DNA of 64,000 bases from Nymphaea colorata (Eukaryota): contig NC_045138.2 of the NCBI RefSeq assembly GCF_008831285.2, forward strand, positions 39,556,001 through 39,620,000, written 5' to 3'. The position numbers and the translations under genes are program-made. This document shows positions 23,201 to 36,243 of this stretch, piece after piece (the first letter of the stretch is position 1; every line of letters begins with the position of its first letter). A model generated the notes under the pieces. The model was not told where the DNA came from and searched no databases. It saw only the letters and a list, made by a program, of their open reading frames with translations.

Positions 23201-25098
23201 CATTTTGTATGGTTTGTAATAATGAATAAATATGATGTCTCTTCATATGGGCTTTTAAGGTTTACTTTGCAGTTTGTACTTAAATATTTTCTTTGCAATA
23301 GGTGCATAAAAGCTTACAAAGGATACGTGAAAGGAAGCTTGTCAATTTCATTGAATGGGGACCTGCAAGCATTCAGGTGCATTTGCGTTACAGCTTAGTC
23401 TTAACAACTTTCAATTTTGCAGCTGTGTCAAAATGATGGCTATCTCTTATTTCAGGTTGCGTTGTCTAGAAAGTCCCCATATGTGCAAACTGCTCACAGG
23501 GTATGCATTTGACTTTATTACACTCATCTAACATTATACTGGCTTTTAGTTTTTTAATGTTCAATACATTATTTCATTATGCTTCTGCCATTTATATGAA
23601 CTTTTTGGTCATATGGTTACCTGAAGGTACAATTTGACTATTTAAATTGCTGACAGGTTAGCGGTTTGATGCTGGCAAGCCACACAAGTATAAGGCATCT
23701 ATTCAGTAAGAGTTTGAGCCAATATGAAAAGCTTCGGAAGAAACAAGCATTTCTTGATAACTACAGGAAGTTTCCCATGTTCGCCGTGAGTGCCTTCCTA
23801 CTTTCAGGAATGATATGCAGTGCTTGTTTTCATTTGGGAATACATTGACGTTCATACATTTTTCCTTCTTGTATGTTGTTTATTGTTCATCTGCTTTAAA
23901 CTTGATTCAGTGTGTGCATCTTTATGTTATGGAACATAATAAGCTTCCACATCATCAGTAATCTTGCAACTTTTTAGAATGCTTTCCTGGACAATAAGGA
24001 TACGCCATTATTTTATAAAGTTCATTTATAAATAAATATGGTGTATCCTGCTGCCAAACTGTTGAGTGTGGGTGGTGCCTATGCTCATTCCACTTCTTTC
24101 TTGCTGTTTTGTGTCATAAATGCATTGTTATTTTGCTTCTAGGACCAAGTAGCAACGCTACTGGAGCATTTGTATTCTTGTAAATGTGCTGGTTTATTTC
24201 CCTATGATGGGTAGTAAACCTTGATGTTATTGGGTAATAAAATCTCAGCTTTTAGCAAATTTGCTGCAAATTGTGCAGCATTTTATCAATGTTAAAACAT
24301 AGAAAAAGTTTTATTGCATGTTGGATGAGTTTGAGGCTCTTATAGAAAACCTTGCTTTAGAACATGAGGAGGTCATTTTATCAAACAATTTTAGGAGCAA
24401 TGTAAGAATGAAGGTTCATAGCTGTCCAGGCATTGTCTTTGAAGCATCATAGTTATTCTGATCATTATCGTCATTCTCATGATAACCGTAGTAGATCTTT
24501 GCTGTCGCCAATGAGCATAGATCTAGAAAGCTTTGATATCAAAGATATCTTTATCAAATTTTCTCAATATTATGTTTAAAAAATTTTGTCCAGCTGGCCA
24601 CTTGGGATGGCAATTTGGTTTTCTCTGGAATTTGTACTTTGTCATGTTTTCGAATATGATAGTAGATTTTCCTAATGTTCCTGTGCATGTCATGTATTCG
24701 TTTTGCTTTTCAATGGTAAAAAGAGAAGTTAGTCCACATTAGTATCCTGTAAATTATAGTGTACTTGACATAGTCACTGTCTCCGTCTTTTGTTTTAAAA
24801 AATATTGCTTATCACCTGCTTATGGTGGTTAAAATGCCTTTAGGATAACGACCTCTCTGAGTTTGATGAATCTCGAGAAATCATTGAGAGCTTGGTGGAT
24901 GAATACAAAGCATGTGAATCGCCTGACTACATCAAATGGGGAATGGAGGTACCATAATTAAGAAACTATTAGCTGTTAATTTTTCTCTAAGTGGTTCTTG
25001 TAAATTGTAATGTTAAACTGCCAATGCAGGATCCTGATCGAGCTCTTAGTGGAGAAGGCAGTGGATCTGGGGCCATGGATTCAAAGTTGACGGTGTAA
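16573..25098 (+). CDS. TUBG: Gamma-tubulin, 474 aa, 11 exons: 16573-16701, 18616-18816, 19226-19337, 20887-21287, 21505-21558, 21929-22033, 23302-23376, 23456-23500, 23657-23785, 24844-24948, 25030-25098
   Basis: [18 protein letters not shown] start, [12 protein letters not shown], the GGTGSG tubulin signature, and a C-terminus ending [17 protein letters not shown]. Exons join in frame with AG acceptors. Donors are GT except introns 1 and 5, which are GC. Confidence 0.97.
20070..20447. mobile_element. Non-autonomous hAT-type element (378 bp) in gamma-tubulin intron 3, containing a (TA)n tract
   Basis: Perfect 8-bp TSD GTTTTGGC at 20062-20069 and 20448-20455. Imperfect terminal inverted repeats (12/16 match). 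Subterminal GGGTAC/GTACCC repeats. Confidence 0.8.
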
Positions 25099-27325
25099 AG
25101 AATAGTGTAACAACGTGTTCTTTCATTCTGTAGGGTGGTTTTACTGGTGCTTGTCCAAGTGCTGTTTCTGGTTTTTTTCTCCTCCACCTCCTGTGTTTTT
25201 GTAATATTCATTGTGATAGCATATTGGCAAGTTCAACTGCCAAATTCTTCAAAACCAAAAAAAGGGAGAGGGGAAAGGGACCAACATGGAGCGACACAAC
25301 CATCACTAGCACAAAATCAGGGGCTCATGTAAGCCTTCAGTATGCCCCACATATTTCCAGCATAAGGGCCAGATTTTGGTTGATCGAGGTTTAAGTTTGA
25401 GCTCATTAAGTCCTGCATATTTAGGTTGAGATCCACATCCATGTTAACATTTGGTTTCGTAAGTTGATTATGTTGTTTTTTCTGATTGTGTACGTATTAA
25501 TCTAGTGTAAATTTCTGTCCAAATTCTAGTATTCTGTTTGGGGCTAAATTCTGACATTAAATTTCTGCAACTAAATAGCATCCATATCAAGAGCCTATGA
25601 CACAAGGGTTCCTATCGATTTAAATGTGGGGTTCAGCTCTGGGGATAGACATGTGTCTCAACGAGTCAGGACTCAGGCGCACTCTAGATTAGGTAAAATT
25701 GAAGTTGTATTCATGGTCGGAGTGATGATTTGCATATTAATTCAAATTGTTTCTGATCCAAGGCTTAGTCCAATTCTGTCATCTATGTGAGGTCATGTTT
25801 GCAGTGCGCAACCTCGTTCTTACGTTTGGATTTATGTATCTTTTTCTACCTGAGCAGTAACCATTGTCGACTGGACTTCGGGAACAGGCGTAGTAAATCA
25901 TTAGCTTGCGACCACTGATTTCTGGATCAAAATTTTTTGTTTATATCCATGGAATTTTCGCTTGAACAAGCTGCAGGTAGGGAAATGTTTACCCGATTTA
26001 TGATTGTACCACTCAAAAGCTTGAGCCAGATTTGAGTTAAAATCTAAGCATTACAAAGTCAGTAAGGCCCAAGAACCATGTGAAGATGAAGGGACATTTG
26101 ACAAAGAAAAAACTGTCGAACATTTATTTATTTATGAGATTTTCTTTTTCATGAAAGGACACTTCAAATGGCAATAGAAAGAATGATGCTCCTGAGTACT
26201 AATATCAATTGAATCTGGTAATATCTGCATCTGATTCAAAATTACATTTCTTCGTCGGTCCTCGCCAGAAATAGCCATTCGTGTGCTGTTGCCTCATTTT
26301 CAAGGAAAGGGTTGCTGCATTGATAGTTGGTTGGGCTTTGAAGGGTTTTGATGGACCTCTTGGAAATGCCGTACAGTAATGATTATTGAGATGTTCCAAT
26401 GGGCATAATATAGCTGACTGGGCTGGTGAGCTGTTGAAAGCCCAGCCATTAGTTTGATTTTTACGGGTTCTACTTCATGTGTATATGTGTTCCATGGGCT
26501 TGCCCAGGCCTCAATTGCGCCCCATGGTCAGGAGGTCAGGAGTAGGGGGAAAAGTAAAAGAGGGAGGAAGGGCGTTTCTACCCAACTTTAGGTGTCTTCC
26601 GCTCACCTGAAAATGACTAGAGAGAGGAGTCATTACTCACAAATCCCACATCATCTTGAATACTTGTTCATGTTCGTGAAAGAGTTGTCACAAGTGGCCC
26701 ATGAGGGACCCGGTTGCCAGTCTGCAAATGGCTCCAGCCCCATCTTCAACGTATTTAGCCGATCTGAACCATTTTCTTATCTAGTATGATATGGTGGGCC
26801 AAAGCGAGAAATATCAATCTTGGCATAGGAGCTCGCTATTGGTGACTTGGCAAAGATAATGTTGTCTCGCTAATGGCTACTGGACATCAATGTGACCATA
26901 ATGGGGGAAAAATTGACACTACATTGCCTTGCACATGCCATGGTCCACTATCAGCACTTGCTTCTTCCAACTTACTGCTGCCAACGACCCAAGACTTGCG
27001 GTATCTGCTAATAATCCGCCAATCGCGTGGCTTGACCAAAAGTTGATTTGACTTGGTGCCCATAAGATCCAGCTGATTCAAATTGGCATTTGCATTATGC
27101 TCTATGTGCTTAAAAAAGAAGGGGAGGAGCATGACCAGTGTTAACAACATCAGCACCTTTGCTAATGCAATATGAGAGCCCATATAGTCCCCTTAAATGA
27201 TCGGCCAATATATTAATCAAAAATTAATTCAAAATTGAAGTCATTTTCTAGTGCCAATCCAATTGTGTACACAATATGAAAATAATGTACGCTGCCGATA
27301 CACATCCTTTTTCAAGGTACACTTA

Positions 27326-27620
27326 GGGGCGTTTGGATTCCTGTGATCTCATGATCGGATGGATTTCATCAAATCGAGGCTCCTACGTTCATGGCTCCGA
27401 TCTCAATGACCAGTTTTGAATTCTATCCTCTACTGTATAGATCACAAACTTGGGCCTTGGACCTCCATGTCGCACCAGCAACTTGCTTCCACATCAAATC
27501 CAATGTAGTCTTTATAGATCATGGGTTTTTGAGATCCATGAATTTAAGATTAAAACTCTGTTCAAATCTTTAGTGAGACCTTTGACAATATAGAAGGAAG
27601 AATGTGGATCCTAAACGTTT
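27326..27620. mobile_element. Probable degenerate Tourist-like MITE
   Basis: TTA followed by GGGGCGTTTGGAT at the left end, with a partial inverse GATCCTAAACG near 27608-27618. Confidence 0.35.
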
Positions 27621-29305
27621 GAACATATTAAAAAGCCTGGTTACTGTGTTACCTTCTGCCATCATCTGTAGTGGCAGTGGAATACATGCAAACAGAGGAA
27701 CATGTTAGGGAAAATGTGCAGAGAAGGTTACATGTTTGGGCCCTGACACTGGTTTGCATGTTAGGGACCGGAAATCAAGCAAATGCCTCTTGTACTTGCA
27801 AAAAGAGGACTCACTGTAAAAGGCAAACATTCAACACATGGGAAAAGGAAAGGGTACCTTTTAGAAAATGACGAAAGTATTCAATTCTTTTATGAGAAAT
27901 GGATAGCGAGGTTGTTATTATAGACAAAAGGTAGGCTAAAATGGAACCTTTTTTCTTTTCTTTTCAATCGTAAAGCTGGATGAACAAATGGAGTGCTAAG
28001 AGGTTGGATCCTGAGGGCCTGTTTGAATACATAAACTAAATACTCAGCTTGAAACTGTTGGGTATTTAGTAGTTAGTTCCACCTACCGGGCATTTTTTTG
28101 TGGAATATTTGTTCCACCTTTTATTTTCCCTATTTGTTTGATTTTATGAAACTTTAATGAGATGTTAACAATAAAAAAATTTCTCCCATCGACATTAATA
28201 CCAGTATAAAGTTCTATAATGGCTCAAAAACTGTCAGCACTAAAGTTCTGTGGCTATCTAAAGACGCAACTTCTCACCGAATATGAACTAAAGCTTCAGC
28301 TCTGAAGTATAAAGTTCCATTAACTGATGAAGTCATGGGCACAAATTCATGGATCTGATATACTTGTTTGTGCTCAGGAAATCATGGGCACAAGCTCTAC
28401 ACCAAGATCCGAGCTTATTAAGCTGTGTTTCGTGTTTATTAAACGTAAGATTCATGTAGTGTCAACTTCATACTGGGAAAGCTCCGATCTAAGGTAAGAA
28501 AATTAAATAGGGTGAGAGCGTGTCAATCATAAATTCGAACATGTCAAAATTTGACACGTGTCAGATCTGAGGAGACCCCAAGCGAACATAAGGTTAGAGC
28601 AGTTTCACGTAAAGGATATGAACAAGTCACATCTTGGTAGATTCAAATGGGCAGAGAGCCAGAGACCATTAACGATCTCCTATCAGGAAGATGGTCCAAC
28701 CGGACATGTGGCCCAAAAACCAGTTAATGGAATGGTGCCAATGCTCCCTCCTCTCCAACCTTCACGAGAATACGTCAAACTCCATATCGTGTTCAGCCAT
28801 TAACATGAATTAAAATTTCCCCGCAGCTCTGCAGCGTTGCCCCACTGTGAGTCACATCTTGCAGCAAGTGCAGAAGACTGTTCCACATGACAAAAACGCG
28901 ACCAACTCTGAAACGAGTTAAAGGTCCACACCCAAGTCATAAAAAATACACCTTAGTGTCTTCGTTTCCAATAGAGTAATGAACTTTCTACACTTGACTC
29001 CACGGGGCTCTTCTTCTTCCATCGATCAAAGCCTAAAGTACTCGCAAAGCGGAACGAGCTCCAAACCTTCGCTGAAGATTAGTCCGATTGACGTGCATGG
29101 GTTAAACTTTTCAGAAACCGAACTGCCAACGCTGCGATTTTCTGCTAGTAAGATCCCGATCTAAGTTGAAAGAGGTCCAAGTGCTAGTGAGAGTCTTATC
29201 AATAGAGGATTAGAGTCACTGGTGGAGTTAGAAAATTTTGAGAGAGGACCCAAGATCAGGAACGATGGTTTCTATTTGTATACTTAAAATATTTGGCCTT
29301 TTTAA

Positions 29306-29639
29306 GGGTCGTTTGGCAACAGTAACATTCTATTATTTGTCTTATACACTTAACCCAAAAATTGGTTACATTCATATAGGACACTTTAAAAAATGTTTTA
29401 TCAATGTGTCTTATTTTTCATTTTCATAGCAGGTTCATGTGACACAGTAACAATGTTGCTTATGCCAAACAACTCCTAAGGAACTGTTGGACAACAATAA
29501 CACATTGTTATTGTCTCATGAATATGTTTCAAAAATGTGGTATTTTCATGAAATAGTATGTTATAGTATCCATGAATCTGCTCCTTCTTTTAGAACAAAT
29601 TCGTATGGCAGTAACAGTGTGTTACTGCCAAACTGCCCC
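29306..29639. mobile_element. Two tandem Tourist-like MITEs (29306-29476 and 29480-29639) separated by TAA
   Basis: Structure reads TAA-GGGTCGTTTGGCA...TGCCAAACAACTCC-TAA-GGAACTGTTGGA...TGCCAAACTGCCCC. The TAA flanks fit the PIF/Harbinger target preference. Confidence 0.7.
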
Positions 29640-30585
29640 AAAAAAAAAGGATTGGCTGGATCAATTGCTTGTAGACAGCCGGCTACTAATTCGAGTGGCA
29701 AAGGCATCACAAAACTCTCCTGCATCTTTTTTTGTGCCAATTGGGTGGAACTAGTATACTAGCTGACACAAGCCGACCTGTTCCCGGGGGTGAACAAAGG
29801 GAGGTCTGGCTCTCACTTTGTCCATCGGATACTCTTCCTCGTCAAACCAAAAGTATTTAGACATGTACAAGAGACTTTCTACAAGAAGTTGAAACTATTT
29901 AGATGGTACTGCTTTTTAGCCTCACTGGTCTCAAATTGGTGCTACATGCATGGGACCCTATTATTTAAACAAACAAACAGAAGATTTCAGTAGCATGGAT
30001 TTTAGGATTGGAGTCAGTTTTGCTCAAGTGCGAGCAAGAGCGATGAGTGCCAGAACTTGCTGGCTTCAACTTGAAGGAAGTTGAGAATAATAATTCAGTT
30101 CTTTTTGACAGGAAGCACTTTAAAAATATTCTTTTTTAACGCCAATTTGCCCATAAAAAAGTTAAATAAGAAGAACTTCAAACGCGGGCTTTTTTACTTC
30201 CTTCTATTTGTTAAACTTTATTAATCCACTTTATGGTTCTTTCACAAAGGCAAGGCACTCTGAGATTCTCATGTGCAGGCATTTTGTGTTCGCTGTTTAA
30301 GCCAACATGCACGTGAGTGGTGGTGTCCACGAGTGTTCTACATATTAAAAAGATTTAATTACTTTTTATAAATAATATCATTTTGGTAATGGCCAATTAG
30401 CGTCAATGTAGTTTCTATTTTTAAGTTAAAAATTATTAAAACACATTGTTACCCTGACAACTGAAGGGAGGGCACTAGAAGGACCCGTACTAACACTGGA
30501 TCTATGTCAGAGTTGATGTGGCTCATCCAATGTTGGGAAGAAAAAAGAACAAAAAAAAAAGTTATGTTTGGAACTTACGCCATTT

Positions 30586-30666
30586 TATATATATATATAT
30601 AGAAAGAGAGAGAGAGGTATATATATATATATATATATATAGAAAGAGAGAGAGAGAGAGAGAGAG
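30586..30666. repeat. Compound (TA)n/(GA)n microsatellite, duplicated
   Basis: Directly visible: (TA)n-GAAA-(GA)n occurs twice. Confidence 0.9.
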
Positions 30667-32179
30667 CCGATAAAATGGGAATATATAACAAAATTTGGGG
30701 ACAAGAGGTCCCCTAAATATAAAAACAATTCGCAAAGAACAAAATTACGCAAGCAGGAGGAACAAATAAACAATACAATGCACAGAAAAATAAGAGAGAA
30801 GAAGAAAGACGAAACGGCACAGTCACCCACCCGCAGTCAGGTGGCGGCGAGAGAGAGAGAGAGAGAAAGAGAGATTGGTAAATATCAATACTACTTAGAG
30901 ACAAAACCAGGCCTACTAGAAACCATTACTAAAGTGTTTTTTTTATACAATAAGGTATGACCTGAAGGTGATTTGCTGATGCCCATGTATTAAGTTAGTC
31001 GTATTTTTTTTTCTTTAACCATGATTTTTAATCATCAAGAAATGAACCGCTCCGATAGCGTTGATAGTAGAAAAATCATTTTTTAAAAAAAAAACTAAAA
31101 AATGATCTCTATTGAATTACTTGGTATTTACCAAGTGTATATACATTAATGAGTGACTAAATTGCAAAAATGTTAAAAGGTGACAGACGAAACGTTGTGA
31201 AGATGCATCTTAAATCGAACCCTGGAATTGGGCACGAAGCAATTGGATGGATGAGCGGCATCAGGGGGAACGTCGAAGCTGCTCAGTCTGGAAGATGCCC
31301 TGCCATGATCCTGATCTCCATGTAAATGGTGGCTCCGTTTATTATGTTCCTTTTCTTCTTATTTTGTTTCTCCCGACGCGAACAGCTGAGATTAATCAGT
31401 TCATTTTGTTCTTTTTTTTTAATGGGTAACAGACACATACTTTGTCTTTTCTTTTCCTGAATGGGCAACACGGACATACTGCCCTCGAACTCTGTGCTGT
31501 CATTCGCAACCATGGAGTCATAAGAGAATATTAAAAAGTAATTAACCTGATTGGGCGAGGAAGGTTTTTTTTTTTTAGAGGCTGAAGTTGCTTGCTTCCA
31601 AACTAACTTTGTTTAATAAAGTTAGGCAAGTGGTACATCTCCCGCAGGTTGGCACCCAAAAGAAACAAGTCTCTGTTTTCATCTGAAATCATTTTCGAGT
31701 GAAAGCTATTTCTTTTCCCGGGGAGTTAGGATTAACCTAAGCCCTCACCTTTTTCCTCGGCCCAAAGTCTAGCAAATGTCAGCAAATTTTATAAATTAAA
31801 AAAAGTCTTAAAAATAGTGAAATGCAAAACATGCAGCAACAAAATGGAGAAAAAATGTAAAAAAAAACACACACACATTTTTCATGTTTTTTTGTTTTTG
31901 GTTGGATTTTACTTTTGAAGTACTAAGTGGATTTTTTTCGAAGAAAACACATTTTATGTAACCATGCCTTCACCGTGGTATCATGTTTTATCTTGTGTGG
32001 CAGAGGAACATAGTGTGTAGGAACATTGAACTGACGACACATTATTTTCGTACCACCAATCCCAACTAGTTGTCGCAGTAGTAGATTCTTTGTGGATAAG
32101 TTATTAGAAACATCTCCTTCATGCGAAACTTTTTCTCACACTTTAACAATATGGAAAGAAGGTTCATCTGCATGAAACT

Positions 32180-33700
32180 TGATTGGAGCACACACTCCTA
32201 ACTTTATGAGGAAATACAATGAAGGCAAAAGTTTAAGACTGCGGTGGATGCAAGAAAGGGATTCCAATACCCAATTTTTCAATATTCCAATACCCAGTGT
32301 AGGCTGCAAGCAGCGCTTATTATCTTATGCAGGGAGTCTGTGCCTTGACAAACGTGTGATCAGCTCCTAGCATTGGCTATCCAGAAAACTGAATTATGCC
32401 AAGTTTTTGTGGGGTAATGTAGGTGAAGGTTCTAAGCCCCATTTGATAAAATGGAGTGGACCATGCCTCCCAAAAAGAAAGGGAGGGGTGGGTCTCAAAA
32501 GACTGGGTGAGAGCAGTAGCAGAGCAACTTGTTAGCTGGCGCGGGCCACTGCCCAGACCAGCCGAGCAAAAAATCTTCTCCATGACTCAAAAATTACATG
32601 GTAAATTAACGTACGTCACCAATACAAGCGCCTTTTGGCTAAAAAATACTGGCTCGAGCACAGGAAACGAGGCCCATCTGGCCTTTTTAGCTTGCAAGGT
32701 GAATGTTGAAGACACCATTTGGGCTAAAATTATACACAGAAAATACTCTCGAGAAGGTCAATGTGCGCAGGGTCTAACTTGAAGAATTGCTCCAAAATCT
32801 TGGAATAGTATTTGGAAGGCTTGGGATACATAGGAGGTAAAATCCAATGGGAGGTGAAACCGTGAAAGCAGGAGACAAAGTGAAATTCTGGAGTGACAAG
32901 TGGTCGACAACAATCCTAATTCATCAAGTGCCAGGCCAGAGATTCCAATTAATGGACCAAACTATGCAGATGGCAGTTGAGAAAATTGCAATGGAGGTTG
33001 AATTCGTTAAGCACTTCCTTGACAGCCTGGGAATTCAATGTCACAATAAGAGAAAAGCAACATGACATGTTGGTGTGGACTGGTTGTAACAAGATGGAGA
33101 TAAGTAGAAGGCTAGAAGCCAATACATGAAATCAAATCCGAAGGAAGGGTAGATTCAGGCTTGGCGAGGAGGCATATGGAGCACCAACAGCCTGCTGAGG
33201 GCCATTTGGACTCTCCATGTGGGGCTAGAGGGCAGTCTGCAGACTAACATGAGGCTCAAGCATTCAGGTCTCAATATATCATACAGATGTAGCCTCTGCT
33301 CGAGTGCAATAGAAGATGAACAACACCTTCTTTTCAAGTGTTGAGAGAGCAAACAAATATTGACTCGAAAGAATAGCTTTGTTTGTGCATTCAAATGGTG
33401 GTGCAGGAAGAAACTCATAAATGAGGTCCTTAAACAGTGTTGCAAGAACTACTGTTGGCGCCTGTGCAAGGACGTCTTGTTAGCAATTGATTGGAAATCA
33501 GCAGAATAAAAAATCCTACCATTCTGATGGGAGAAATTCTAGTGAAAAAGAATTTTGGAAGCTGGAGACGCGAACTGGAAGACATGCTCCAAGCTAAGAC
33601 GTTGTGGACGGCCATTGAGGCCATGATTAGCAGATGGAGACACAGGCTTTAGTTGACAGGAGACCGGCTGTGGCTGAAGGGTATTTTGTTCTTGCTGCTA
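32180..33700 (+). mobile_element. Decayed L1-type LINE ORF2 remnant (pre-RT linker and post-RT region with zf-RVT zinc finger; RT core missing)
   Basis: KSLRLRWMQERDSNTQFF (like KSRxxWLxEGDxNTKFF), NEAHLAFLA...WAKIIHRKY, GDKVKFWSDKW, and LQTNMRLKHSGLNISYRCSLCSSAIEDEQHLLFKC at about 33240-33345. Many stops and frameshifts. Confidence 0.8.
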
Positions 33701-36243
33701 CTAACCAGGTTAACTATTTCAGGGAATGGGTTTTGTAAAGGGCCAGTGAGGTCATTTCGCAATGGTTATCATGCTTCTTCTCAGTTGAGCCAGCTTGTCC
33801 TGGCCCATTTTTGTATCTGATATATAAATTTTGTCCAATAATGGTCGGGGGGGGGGGGGCGGGGCCGGGGTGTATCCCCGAGCAGGATTTTTCTTGAAAT
33901 CTTCTAATGGTCTTTATATGAACCATTCTAAAACCCACAAAAAACATGTAACCAAAGACTGATTTTTTCACCAAGTTTTGTCTCCGACATGGATTTGACA
34001 TCATTCCAAACAACCCCTTTTAGTTGTGACTATCTTGTAAATCATGAGGTTCATGCTCCAAAATGCAACCACATTTCGAATTTGAGTGTGCATTATGCTG
34101 TTTTTTGTTCTTTTCAAAATTTGAAACATACTTGGCCTCCAATGAAGATTGACAGCCCCGCCATGAACTGCTAAGAAGCTACAGCATAATTCGTATACAA
34201 ATTTAAGATGTTGGCCCTCTCTTTTGCATGCTTCCAGAATGCTCGAGATTATTTTGCTGTTTATATGTGAGGAATTTTTTAGGACAGAAATGGTCAATGG
34301 TGTAAATGCGAACGAAGGGGAGCCTTAACTCATTAACTGTAGCCTGTAGGACATTAAGAGCATTGAGTGCAAAAGTTTCACGATTGTAACGTTCGGACGC
34401 TTAGCCGTTAGCGGTGTCCCAACGGGCAAATCCGAAAAAAAAAAAAAAACAAAGCAATAGTTTAAATTGTTTCAAAGCAACGGTCCCATTTTCTGGCCAA
34501 TCATGTCGCCAGCACATGGTCCGAAGGGCAAAGCAGCACCGAAATTTGGGAGAATAGCACGCTAACCGTTAGTTTTTGCGGTTCGAGGCGAAATGACGAA
34601 AATGCCCAAATGAAATTTTAACTCGTTGCAGAGATGTAAATAAAAATTTTTATTTTCTCATCTCAACCGACAGTCTAGGAGTACAGTAACAAGATTGGTT
34701 TACTTTATTGTATTCCATATTCTCCCATTGCATTGAAACCAGTTGATGAATATATTAGGAATCTGAGTTGGCCTCCAATATATTAAAAAGAAAGCAATGA
34801 AGCATTTTGAGTATCTAGTAAAGAAAAAGCAAGATGCTGAAATCCATGCACCACCAATTTCCATCTATGTAATAAGGTTTGAGGAGTTGAGAATCTTAGG
34901 CAATAAGGAGAGTCTAACCAAAGAAGGTCACCATGTGGTTGCCCAATGTCTTATGAGTTGTATCTGATTGGATGTGGACCCATATTTTAGTACATTTTCC
35001 CTTTCTTTTGCAGCACACCTCACCTATCCAATTATAAGTATTCGCTCTAGTTTGATATGGCTTTTAATTCTATTTATTGTTATGTAAAATGGTTGATCTT
35101 GGGTATGATATTGGTAGCATTAATGAAATTGGTAGATTTGAATCAGATTAAATGGAGAAATATTGAAGATGCTCTATCAATCCAGATACCACTGTTTAGT
35201 TATGAATTGATTGTGTTATGATTTTGCTACGTTGGGCTTATTAAAGTATTTTTATGTGTAGATATTTAGTTTTTTTTTTTCAATTTGATAACTTTTTGGA
35301 TTGGATTGAGTACATCAAGTAACTTTTTCGAATATTTTCAAGAAGGAGTTCTATTTCATGATTTATGGCAATGGAAGAGTCTGAAAATTCTGGCTAAAGG
35401 GTATTAGGTATATAATTTTAAATTTTAAATAGCATGAACGTGTAAATAAAAAAATTACGAAAAAATATCAATATAGTAAAAATATATTTGAGTTCACACC
35501 TATCTTTACCCCTGCAGCATAGGTGCAAGTATGTTAACCATGATCTTTTTCTTCACAGACAAAGTCATAGAAGAGTAAAATGTTTGAATTGGTCACATTC
35601 ATTTGTCCCAATAGAATCATGCAACGGATCGAAATGTTCAAACTTGAAATTTTGAAGATGACATTGTCGCCGTTCAAAATGAACATAGTAGAGAGAGAAA
35701 GATTGAGAAGGGAATGAAAGAAAAATGGAGGGAAATGAAGAGGGGCAAAATGATCATTGAGGAGCGCCCTAAAGTCAGGAAGCGAGACAGTCACAGTGCC
35801 AGGTGGGGGAAAGGTGAAGGGTACCCCTCAAAGTAAAGGGCAGCGAAGGCGATGCCAGACTGGGAATAGTCACTCACATGGACCAGCGCAGAGGTAGGAC
35901 CCACCGCATTTGTCGCCGACTAGGGCGCTCCGGCATAAAAGGCCGGCGCCCTCTGCCACCCTTCTCGCAAATCTCTCCATCTCGCGCTTTCTATTTCTCT
36001 ATCTCTACTGCTGCTGCTACGACCGGGCGCAGAGGGCATCAGGTTCTTCGAGGAAGAGAGGGAGGCGGGGAGGGCGAAGACCAGAGGGAAAGCCTTTCTC
36101 TCTCTGCCTTCCTCTCTTTCTGAGGCCTCTCGGCGGAGAGGAGAGGAGGAGAGAAACGCTTGCGCTTCTTCTTCGTCTTGCTCTTGTTTGTTCTTCTTTG
36201 CTAAGGTAGATCGGGTTTGTCCTTGAGAGGGAGAGAGAGAGAG

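Noticed and set aside
23421..23455. Alternative in-frame acceptor (TTTTGCAG) in gamma-tubulin intron 7 that would add 11 aa
   Set aside because: It would leave a 46-nt intron, shorter than plant introns normally are, and would interrupt a conserved region.
34365..34624. Possible Mutator-like MITE (GAGTGCAAAAGTTTCA...TGAAATTTTAACTC)
   Set aside because: The inverted match is short and imperfect, and no 9-bp TSD is visible.
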